A DNA stretch of 64,000 bases. It comes from Candidatus Nomurabacteria bacterium. Lineage in GTDB: Bacteria > Patescibacteriota > Minisyncoccia > Phycocordibacterales > UBA9973. Shown one piece after another: positions 39,106 to 47,123 of this stretch; within the stretch, counting starts at the first letter, position 1; each line of letters opens with the position of its first letter. The notes beneath the pieces were generated by a model. That model was not told where the DNA came from. It ran no database searches and saw nothing but the letters and a program-made list of their open reading frames with translations. The stretch covers positions 1,957 through 65,956 of the forward strand of contig JAPLXR010000007.1 in assembly GCA_026395955.1 (NCBI GenBank), written 5' to 3'. The position numbers and the translations under genes are program-made.

Positions 39106-40203
39106 ATGAAATTAGAAATCAATATTGAAAAAATAAAAAATGCGATTAACTTAACAGAGAAAGTAACTGGTAAAAATTTAACTCTTCCTATTCTATCTTC
39201 AATACTTTTTATTGCATCTGGAAAATCTTTAAAATTAAGAGCTACGAATCTAAGCGTTGGTATTGAAATAGAATTACCAGCTAAAATAGAAAAAGAAGGA
39301 GTAGTAGCTATTTCTGGTTCTGTAATCTCTGGAGTATTTTCTAATATTATCCAAAATGACAATGTTATCTTAAATGAAGAAGATGGTAATTTAATTATTC
39401 AAACAAAAAAAAGTAAAATTAAATTAAAATGTCAGCCATATGAAGATTTCCCAACTATACCTACTGTAGATGGTCAAAACTTCCTTATAGAAGGAAATAA
39501 ACTTGTAGATGGTATAAAATCTGTTTATTATAGTTCAGCTGTTTCTGATATAAAACCAGAGATTTCTAGTGTTTATATATATTCAAATAATGATGATTTA
39601 ACTTTTGTATCTACAGATTCATTTCGTTTAGCTGAAAAGAAAATTAAAATTAAAAATTTAACTGAAATAACTGGAATATTAATACCTTTTAAAAATATTC
39701 CTGAAATATTACGTATTTTTGGAGATAATACAGGAGAAGTTAAAGTTTGTTTTAATAAGAATCAAATATCTATGTTTATGGATGGTATATATTTTACTTC
39801 TCGTATTATAGATGGAGTATTTCCAGATTATAAACAAATAATGCCAAAAGAAAATAAAACAGAAGCTATTGTCTTAAAACAAGATTTATTAAATGCATTA
39901 AAACTTTCAAATATTTTTTCAGATAAATTTAATCAGTTAAATCTTTCTATTAAACCAAAAGAAAAGATATTTGAAATATATTCTCAAAATTCAAATGTTG
40001 GAGAAAATAAAACAGCACTCGATGCAGCACTAACAGGGAACGATGTAGAACTTTCATTTAATTATAAATATTTCTTAGATTGCCTAAGCTCTATAAATTC
40101 CGACAGTATTGTTTTAAGATTAAATGAATCAAATCGTCCAATGGTTATATCTGGAGTGTCTGACGGGTCATTTACATACCTTATAATGCCAATGAATAGA
40201 TAA
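39106..40203 (+). CDS. dnaN: DNA polymerase III beta clamp
   Basis: LPILSSI...ATNL, STDSFRLA, SRIIDGVFPDY, YLIMPMN. Confidence 0.97.
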   Translation: MKLEINIEKIKNAINLTEKVTGKNLTLPILSSILFIASGKSLKLRATNLSVGIEIELPAKIEKEGVVAISGSVISGVFSNIIQNDNVILNEEDGNLIIQTKKSKIKLKCQPYEDFPTIPTVDGQNFLIEGNKLVDGIKSVYYSSAVSDIKPEISSVYIYSNNDDLTFVSTDSFRLAEKKIKIKNLTEITGILIPFKNIPEILRIFGDNTGEVKVCFNKNQISMFMDGIYFTSRIIDGVFPDYKQIMPKENKTEAIVLKQDLLNALKLSNIFSDKFNQLNLSIKPKEKIFEIYSQNSNVGENKTALDAALTGNDVELSFNYKYFLDCLSSINSDSIVLRLNESNRPMVISGVSDGSFTYLIMPMNR

Positions 40204-40213
40204 GTATATCTCT

Positions 40214-40471
40214 ATGATAGAAATAAAAGATTTATTATCTAAATTTAATGATTTATTACTTTCAGGAGGGTTAAGGAAAGATACAGTTCGAACTGTTATT
40301 TCTGAAACTATAGGAATAGAAATAAAATCAGAAGATATAGAAATAAAAAATGGAACAGTAAAATTAAATATTAAACCTATTTATAAAAATGAAATTTTTA
40401 TAAAACAAGAAATAATACTATCTAAACTTTCAGAAATACTCGGTAAAAAATCCCCACAAAATATTAGATAA
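40214..40471 (+). CDS. Hypothetical protein, DciA/DUF721-like
   Basis: IEIKNGTVKLNIKPIYKNEIFIKQEIILSKL pattern; directly after dnaN. Confidence 0.55.
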   Translation: MIEIKDLLSKFNDLLLSGGLRKDTVRTVISETIGIEIKSEDIEIKNGTVKLNIKPIYKNEIFIKQEIILSKLSEILGKKSPQNIR

Positions 40472-40475
40472 ATAT

Positions 40476-42989
40476 TTACTGAACACTGAATTCAGAAATA
40501 GTCTCTGAATTATTAAATACAGAATCATAAGAAATTAATTTAATTTCATTTGTTTGTTTTAAGTTGTCTAAATCAGAAGGATTAAATGAAAAACTAAATG
40601 GAGGTTTTATTGTTTGTATATATGTATTATTTATAAATACATCTATTTTTGCTAATGTAAATTTACCAGTACTAGAAATTTGTAAATTAATTGGTTGGTT
40701 AGCTGGTGTAGGAGTAGTGTTATTTGGGTTTATAATCGTTACTATAGGTTTATTTTCATCAGTATGAATATCATCAACTAAAACAGGTTTTTGATTAATA
40801 CTAACATAAGGATATTTATAACTATTTTGTGCCCACCAATTTTGTATTGGTATTTCCCAATGTTCAAATTGTGAATCATTAGATGGATTTATAGGTGCTG
40901 GTCCAGAAATATTATCTTTATCTATCCAATAAAGTATTGAATGAACATTTGTTAAAACTTTTTCTTCCTTTGTTTCTTTTGGAGTATTAGATGTTGCTAA
41001 TTTACCTGTTATTTTATCTATAAAAAAATTATCATTTCCTTGCCAAAAACCTCTTAATATAGGTTTCATTGTTTCAGAATCTGTTTCTAAATTAGGTTTT
41101 TCAAATTTTCCGCTTGGATATAATTTTAAAGCCTCAACCATAAATTTATTCCATATAGGTCCTGCTGTTCCAGAGCCACCTTTTTTCATTGGTGTATTGT
41201 TATTGTTTCCAGCCCAAACACCTACAGAAATAGAAGGTGTATATCCTACAGTCCAAGCATCCTTGTTATTATTTGTGGTTCCTGTTTTTACAGCTATGTC
41301 TTGACCAGGAATTTGAAGACTTGAATTAGCACCGAAAGTAGGAGTTCTCGCTATATTATCAGAAAGAACATCAGAAATAGTTAATGCTGTATTTTTAGGT
41401 AAAACTTCGTGTGAATTTTGAGTATATTGTTCTAATACATTACTATCATTATCTTCTACTTTTAAAATTCCTGTTGCTGGATTTCTTATTCCATTATCTG
41501 CAAACACACCATAAGCAGAAGTAATATCTAGAAGTTTTACTTCTCCACCTCCGATAACTAGAGTTAAACCATATTGACTCGCATCTTTTAAGTTACTAAT
41601 GCCCATACTCTCAGCAACTTTTATAGAATCTTTTACTCCTGATAAATAAAATAATTTTACTGCTGGAATGTTTATTGATTGAGCTAAGGCATCACGGAGA
41701 GTCATTGGACCACGAAATTTATTATCATAATCATTTGGCATATAACATTCACTTTGTAAGTGTCCTGGCAATGCTTTTCCATACGCATTACATGTTGTTT
41801 GGAATTCTGTAGGTAAATCAAATAAAACTGTATTAGGAGTAAAACCTTTATTAAATGCATTTGCGTAAATAAACGTTTTAAAACTTGATCCTGGTTGTCT
41901 GCTTGCTGTAGCAACATTGAAATTACCATCAATATTTTTATCAAAATAATCTCTAGATCCAACCATTGTTAATATTTGTCCTGTATTTGGATCTATAGCA
42001 ACCAATGCTGCATTTGTTCCATTGTAATCTTTTTCATTTTGTAATGCTCCGTCTTTTACTATTTGTTCTGCTTTTTGTTGTAAGTTGTAATCAAGTGAAG
42101 TAGTAACTTTTAATCCACCACTTGAAACAACATCAGTACCATATTTTTGTTCAAGATAATCTTTAATATAAAAAACAAAGTGTGGAGCTTTGATTCCATT
42201 TGTTTGTTGTGGTAAAAAATTAACAACTTCATTTTTTGCTTGGTCATATTGTATTTGATTTATCATTTTTACTGCAAGCATTCTAGATAAAACAAAGTTT
42301 TTTCTATCATCTAATTTCTTTTTATTTTTTCCATAAGGAGAAAGTGTTGTAGGGGATTGAGGTAATGATGCTATATATGCAGCTTCAGCTAAATCTACAT
42401 CAGATGCATTTTTACCGAAATATGTTTGACTAGCTTCTTGAACTCCATAAATACTTCCACCATATGGTGATTCATTTAAATATAATTCAAGAATTTTTTC
42501 TTTTGGCATTGAACGATCTATCTTTATTGCTAGGACCCATTCTTTTACTTTTCTTAAAATTGTTTTTTGAGAATTTAATAAAGTATTTTTAACTAATTGT
42601 TGAGTAATAGTAGAACCACCCTGTGTTCCTCCTGTATGAAATATATTTGCCAATACTGCACGAATAATAGAGGTGAGTTTAATTCCTCCATGAGTATAGA
42701 ATTCAGCATCTTCTACTGCTACCGTAGCATTTTTAATATTGATACTCATTTGATCAAAAGGAATAATTGTTCGTTTAACATTTTGGTTTAAATCATATAA
42801 AAGAACAGTACCAGTACGGTCATATATTTTTGTTGAACTTATAACTTTTCTTCCATCAAAAGAATGAAAATCAGGTATTTTTATTGTTGATAGGTATATT
42901 ATTGCAAAACCTACAATTAATAAAAAAGAACCTGCTCCAAATAAAATTAAGTTCTTCCAAAATGTTCTCTTTTTATGTATTTTCCTCAT
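40476..42989 (-). CDS. Class A penicillin-binding protein (PBP1A family)
   Basis: AVEDAEFYTHGG, QGGSTITQQLVKN, RQPGSSFK, SIN, KTGT. Confidence 0.96.
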   Translation of the reverse strand: MRKIHKKRTFWKNLILFGAGSFLLIVGFAIIYLSTIKIPDFHSFDGRKVISSTKIYDRTGTVLLYDLNQNVKRTIIPFDQMSINIKNATVAVEDAEFYTHGGIKLTSIIRAVLANIFHTGGTQGGSTITQQLVKNTLLNSQKTILRKVKEWVLAIKIDRSMPKEKILELYLNESPYGGSIYGVQEASQTYFGKNASDVDLAEAAYIASLPQSPTTLSPYGKNKKKLDDRKNFVLSRMLAVKMINQIQYDQAKNEVVNFLPQQTNGIKAPHFVFYIKDYLEQKYGTDVVSSGGLKVTTSLDYNLQQKAEQIVKDGALQNEKDYNGTNAALVAIDPNTGQILTMVGSRDYFDKNIDGNFNVATASRQPGSSFKTFIYANAFNKGFTPNTVLFDLPTEFQTTCNAYGKALPGHLQSECYMPNDYDNKFRGPMTLRDALAQSINIPAVKLFYLSGVKDSIKVAESMGISNLKDASQYGLTLVIGGGEVKLLDITSAYGVFADNGIRNPATGILKVEDNDSNVLEQYTQNSHEVLPKNTALTISDVLSDNIARTPTFGANSSLQIPGQDIAVKTGTTNNNKDAWTVGYTPSISVGVWAGNNNNTPMKKGGSGTAGPIWNKFMVEALKLYPSGKFEKPNLETDSETMKPILRGFWQGNDNFFIDKITGKLATSNTPKETKEEKVLTNVHSILYWIDKDNISGPAPINPSNDSQFEHWEIPIQNWWAQNSYKYPYVSINQKPVLVDDIHTDENKPIVTIINPNNTTPTPANQPINLQISSTGKFTLAKIDVFINNTYIQTIKPPFSFSFNPSDLDNLKQTNEIKLISYDSVFNNSETISEFSVQ

Positions 42990-43026
42990 CCTTTAATCAT
43001 AGCAAATTGTATGTTATTATACGAGT

Positions 43027-44223
43027 ATGAAAGTAATAACTGATGAAAAAATAATAGACGAAATATTGTCTAAAGGAGTTGAAGATGTTTTTGTTAAAGA
43101 ACACCTTAAAAAACAATTAATGTCTGGGAAAGTTTTACGTATTAAATTAGGTATAGACCCAACAGGACCGAAGATACATTTAGGTAGAGCTATACCACTT
43201 CGTAAATTAAGAGCATTTCAAGATTTAGGTCATAAGGCTGTTTTAATTGTTGGTGATTTTACTGCAACTATTGGTGATCCTTCAGATAAACTAGAGAAGC
43301 GTCCAATGCTTACAACAAATAAAATAAAAGAAAATATGAAGGATTATAAAAAGCAGATAGGGAAAATTATAGATATTAAAAAAGCTGAATTTGTTTACAA
43401 TAGTTCTTGGTTAAAAAAATTAAGTATGATGGAAACCTCTATTCTTGCTGAAAGTTTTTCTTTGCAACAAATGTCTAAAAGAAGAAATTTTCAAGATCGT
43501 TTAGAAAAAGATGAAGAAATTTCTTTACGTGAATTGTTTTATCCTTTAATGCAAGGCTATGATAGTGTTGCTGTAAAATCAGACGTAGAAATTGGAGGGT
43601 TCGATCAATTATTTAATGTAAAAGCCGGTAGAACAATACAAAAACATTATGGTATGTCGGAACAAGATATTTTAACTGTTCAAATGCTTGAGGGTACAGA
43701 TGGTAGAAAAATGTCTACTTCTTGGGGTAATGTTATTACAATAGTAGATGAACCAAATGATATGTATGGAAAAGTTATGTCTGTAAAAGATGAACTACTT
43801 TCAAAGTATTTTTTACTTTGCACAGATATACCAATGTCACAAATAAAAGATTTTGAGAAAAAAATCACTGATGGTATGAATCCAAAAGATTTTAAAATGG
43901 GACTTGCTTACGAAATAGTAAAAATCTATCACGGAGAGAAAAAAGCTAAAGAAGCAGAAACAAATTTCGTGAATACTTTTTCTAAAAAAGAAATTCCAGA
44001 TGAAATGGAAGAAATAAAAGGGAATGCTGGAGAAAGTCTCGTAGATGTTTTACTTAACAAAAAAGTTCTAACATCAAAAGGGGAATGGCGTAGACTGGTA
44101 GAACAAAATGCAATTCATGATTTAGAGAATGATACTAGAATTACAGACGTGAATTATAAAGTAGAAAAAGATCTAACTTTAAAGATTGGCAAGAAGAGAT
44201 TTATAAAAATAATAGTTAAATAA
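43027..44223 (+). CDS. tyrS: Tyrosine--tRNA ligase
   Basis: GIDPTGPKIHLG (HIGH), YPLMQGYD, GGFDQLFN, KMSTS, C-terminal S4. Confidence 0.97.
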   Translation: MKVITDEKIIDEILSKGVEDVFVKEHLKKQLMSGKVLRIKLGIDPTGPKIHLGRAIPLRKLRAFQDLGHKAVLIVGDFTATIGDPSDKLEKRPMLTTNKIKENMKDYKKQIGKIIDIKKAEFVYNSSWLKKLSMMETSILAESFSLQQMSKRRNFQDRLEKDEEISLRELFYPLMQGYDSVAVKSDVEIGGFDQLFNVKAGRTIQKHYGMSEQDILTVQMLEGTDGRKMSTSWGNVITIVDEPNDMYGKVMSVKDELLSKYFLLCTDIPMSQIKDFEKKITDGMNPKDFKMGLAYEIVKIYHGEKKAKEAETNFVNTFSKKEIPDEMEEIKGNAGESLVDVLLNKKVLTSKGEWRRLVEQNAIHDLENDTRITDVNYKVEKDLTLKIGKKRFIKIIVK

Positions 44224-44224
44224 T

Positions 44225-44252
44225 AAAAACCCTCGAGCAATCGAGGGTTTTT
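44225..44252. terminator. Bidirectional terminator
   Basis: aaaaaccctcga-gcaa-tcgagggttttt. Confidence 0.8.
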
Positions 44253-44255
44253 ATT

Positions 44256-44396
44256 TTATAGAGCTTCTTCGTCTTCATGAAAACCAAGAGGTAGATCTAA
44301 ATCTTCGTCTAGAAGATCAGCTGCCTCTAATGGATCCAATTCTTCATCCAAATCAGGACCAATATTCATATCTTTTACTTCATCTTCGTCGTACAT
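44256..44396 (-). CDS. Small highly acidic protein (46 aa, not in ORF track)
   Basis: MYDEDEVKDMNIGPDLDEELDPLEAADLLDEDLDLPLGFHEDEEAL; upstream TTGCAC-17-TATAAA promoter; ends at the shared terminator. Confidence 0.7.
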   Translation of the reverse strand: MYDEDEVKDMNIGPDLDEELDPLEAADLLDEDLDLPLGFHEDEEAL

Positions 44397-44496
44397 ATTT
44401 GTTTTTTATTTTTTGTTAATTTAAAAAACGACCTTTTAAAAATAATAATCTATTTATGAAACTATTTTATAACAAATATAAACATCTTGTGCAATC

Positions 44497-44988
44497 TTAT
44501 TTTTTATAAACTGTGGATAAGTGTGCGAAGCCAGTGAGGGCTATAGCTATTGCATCTAGCTCGTCATCTGATTTTTTAGAATTATCTATATCTACAAGCA
44601 TTTTAACCATGCGCATTACTTGCTCTTTGTCTGCTTTACCATATCCTGTCGTCGCTATTTTTATTTGAGGAGGGGAAGCTTCAAATATTTTTAGATCTGC
44701 TTTTATGGCTTCGTATATCACTACTCCACGTGCTTCGGCGACATGCATTACCGTTTTTTGATTTGTAGTTAGAAATAAAGTTTCAATTGCGAGAACTTCT
44801 GGTTTGTATTTTTTGATTATCATTTGGACTTGTTCACCGATAAGTTTTAGTCTGTCCGCGAATTCTAATTTTGCTGAAGTTTTAAAACATTCAGAAAAAA
44901 TAACATTCTCGCGTTTGTCATCAGTATTTTTTTCTAATACTGCGATACCTAATCTTTCAAACCCCGGATCAATTCCTAGTATTTTCAT
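44497..44988 (-). CDS. ruvC: Crossover junction endodeoxyribonuclease RuvC
   Basis: ILGIDPG, LAIETLF, EARGV, TGYGKADKEQV, DDELDAIAIA. Confidence 0.95.
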   Translation of the reverse strand: MKILGIDPGFERLGIAVLEKNTDDKRENVIFSECFKTSAKLEFADRLKLIGEQVQMIIKKYKPEVLAIETLFLTTNQKTVMHVAEARGVVIYEAIKADLKIFEASPPQIKIATTGYGKADKEQVMRMVKMLVDIDNSKKSDDELDAIAIALTGFAHLSTVYKK

Positions 44989-45005
44989 ATTGTAATTATA
45001 TCAGA

Positions 45006-45072
45006 CCTCACCCCAATGCTACGCATTTGCCCCTCCCCATTTTTTAAAAATGGGGAGGGGTTAGGGGAGAGG
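45006..45072. repeat. REP-like nested palindrome (family C), second copy
   Basis: cctcaccccaatgctacgcatttgcccctcccc...ggggaggggttaggggagagg; matches 28038-28107. Confidence 0.85.
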
Positions 45073-45612
45073 TTATTCCGCATTCGTAAAAACTTCTTGC
45101 ACGTCGTCGTAATTTTCTAATTCATTTATTATTGTTTCGAGTAAATTCGCATCTTCTTCTGAATTTATTTCAGTAAGCATATTTGGTTTCCAAACTAAAC
45201 CTTCTGGAGAAAGTTCTTTTGTGAAGCTCCATGCGACAGAGCCGATACCTCCGAGTGCGAAGCCGTGTTTTGTCATTATGTGACGAATGTCCTGTGAAGA
45301 TCTATTTCTACTATCAGTCAGAACTTCGATAATTATTCCCACACCCGCAGGACCATAAGCTTCGTAAGTAATAGCATCCATCTGTGCTGATGGTTCACTT
45401 GCTTTTTTTATGGCTCTATCAACGTTGTCAGAAGGGAGGCCTTCGCGTTTTGCTTTCAATATCGCAGCTTTGAGTCCGGGTGCTTCTCTATTACCTCCGC
45501 AGTTTTTAGCTTCAGCTGTAATCAGGCGCACCATTTTAGTAAAGATTTTATGTGTATCTTTACCATTCGCCTCCTTTTTCATTTTATTTTTTACCCACTG
45601 TGAATGACTCAT
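45073..45612 (-). CDS. yebC: YebC/PmpR family protein (short form)
   Basis: HSQW, NVDRAIKKA, YEAYGPAGVG..EVLTDSRNR, LENYDDVQEVFTN; adjacent to ruvC. Confidence 0.9.
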   Translation of the reverse strand: MSHSQWVKNKMKKEANGKDTHKIFTKMVRLITAEAKNCGGNREAPGLKAAILKAKREGLPSDNVDRAIKKASEPSAQMDAITYEAYGPAGVGIIIEVLTDSRNRSSQDIRHIMTKHGFALGGIGSVAWSFTKELSPEGLVWKPNMLTEINSEEDANLLETIINELENYDDVQEVFTNAE

Positions 45613-45624
45613 ATCTGTAATATT

Positions 45625-46656
45625 TTATTTCTCTCCTACAAATTCAAAACCTAAATGCTCATAGGCTTTGCGGGTTGCAGTACGGCCGCGAGCGGTGCGT
45701 TCGAGGAGGCCGAGCTGGATCATGTATGGCTCTATGACTTCTTCAATAGTTGCTTCTTCTTCAGACGTTGCAGCAGCGATGGTCTTGAGACCGACGGGTC
45801 CGCCGTTGAACTTTTCAATAATTATTTCAAGAATTTTTCTGTCAGCAGAATTGAGCCCGAGCTCATCTATTTCGAGTAACTCTAAAGCCTTCTTTGCAGA
45901 TGTTTTACTAATATTTTTACCTGCCCCGTACTGAGCTTGCTCTAGTTCGGGGTGTACTTGAGCAAAGTCACGACAGCGCTTGAGGAAATAGTTTGCAGTA
46001 CGTGGAGTGAAGCGTGAGCGTTTTGCGATTTCTTCCATTGCTTCTTCATCGACTTCAATATTTAAAATTTTTGCAGAACGGAGGAGAATTTGTTTTATTT
46101 CTTCTTCACTATAAAATTCCATACGGAAAGTTCCTCCAGAGAAACGAGAACGGAGAGGGGAAGAGATGAGAGCCATACGAGTCGTCGCGGCGATGAGTGT
46201 GAATGGTGGTAAGTCGAGCTGGATAGTGCGAGCAGATGGGCCTTTGCCGATAATGATATCGAGTACGCCGGATTCCATCGCTGGATAGAGGACTTCCTCT
46301 ATCATTTTGTTGAGGCGGTGGATTTCATCTATAAAGATAATATCCCCAGGAGCGAGGTTAGTCAAAATACTCGCCAAATCACCAACTTTTTCAATAGCAG
46401 GACCAGAAGTTATCTTCATTTGGCGTCCAGATTCTTTGGCTATAAGGTGGGCGAGGGTAGTTTTACCTAATCCTGGTGGTCCATAGAAAAGGATGTGTTC
46501 AGGGATGTGTCCACGCTCTTCTGCGGCACCTAAAAGGATTTTTAGATTTTCTTTTATGACTTTTTGGCCAATATAGTCATCCCAAGTCGAAGGACGCAAA
46601 GTTTGGTCTAGGTGGCTTTCGTCTTTATTTATATTGGTTTTTTCATCTTTTGACAT
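45625..46656 (-). CDS. ruvB: Holliday junction branch migration helicase RuvB
   Basis: LRP..WDDYIGQ, GPPGLGKTTLA, FIDEIHRL, YPAMES, GGPVGL, RTARGR. Confidence 0.97.
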   Translation of the reverse strand: MSKDEKTNINKDESHLDQTLRPSTWDDYIGQKVIKENLKILLGAAEERGHIPEHILFYGPPGLGKTTLAHLIAKESGRQMKITSGPAIEKVGDLASILTNLAPGDIIFIDEIHRLNKMIEEVLYPAMESGVLDIIIGKGPSARTIQLDLPPFTLIAATTRMALISSPLRSRFSGGTFRMEFYSEEEIKQILLRSAKILNIEVDEEAMEEIAKRSRFTPRTANYFLKRCRDFAQVHPELEQAQYGAGKNISKTSAKKALELLEIDELGLNSADRKILEIIIEKFNGGPVGLKTIAAATSEEEATIEEVIEPYMIQLGLLERTARGRTATRKAYEHLGFEFVGEK

Positions 46657-46697
46657 AATTTTTATACCTTATTTATCAATATTTGTGAATAATTTGC

Positions 46698-46726
46698 TTG
46701 ACATTTCAATTCGAATATGCTATATT
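46698..46726 (+). promoter_or_regulatory. Sigma70-type promoter TTGACA-17-TATATT (TGn extended)
   Basis: ttgaca tttcaattcgaatatgc tatatt; no sizeable ORF downstream. Confidence 0.7.
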
Positions 46727-46731
46727 TCTAC

Positions 46732-47122
46732 TGTTGACATGTTATCAACATACATATCCACATTATAGCATTTGCTATGAATTGTATATAGTATAATGAA
46801 TTTGTTGAGGATCACACCTCAATTTTATTTTACAAAAGAAGAAGGCACTAATCTAAGCACGCTCTGATAGTTGCCTCTGGCAACAAGATAAGTGTGTTAT
46901 ACAAGATTAGTGATCTTCAAAAACAAGAAGGCATCAATCTCTAAGCAATCAGCCCCTGGTTCTATAGTTTTGCATAGGACGTTTTGGTTTCTAATTTATT
47001 ATTTTCTGGAACCATCCTATAATGATCTGTTACTTTTGGAGCATAGCTCCGGAAGGATTGTTTAGAGATTAATGCTTTTTATCTCTCATAAAAAATACCC
47101 CGATTTTATTCGGGGTATTTTT
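46732..47122 (+). ncRNA. Putative orphan structured non-coding RNA
   Basis: Series of hairpins including two long stems with G-U pairs, bounded by a promoter and a terminator. Confidence 0.55.
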
Positions 47123-47123
47123 T
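47090..47123. terminator. Bidirectional terminator
   Basis: aaaaaataccccga-ttttat-tcggggtatttttt. Confidence 0.8.

Noticed and set aside
46796-46867. 23-codon ORF (MNLLRITPQ...) within the structured region
   Set aside because: Too short, no motif and overlaps paired stems; cannot be supported, though a leader peptide is not excluded.
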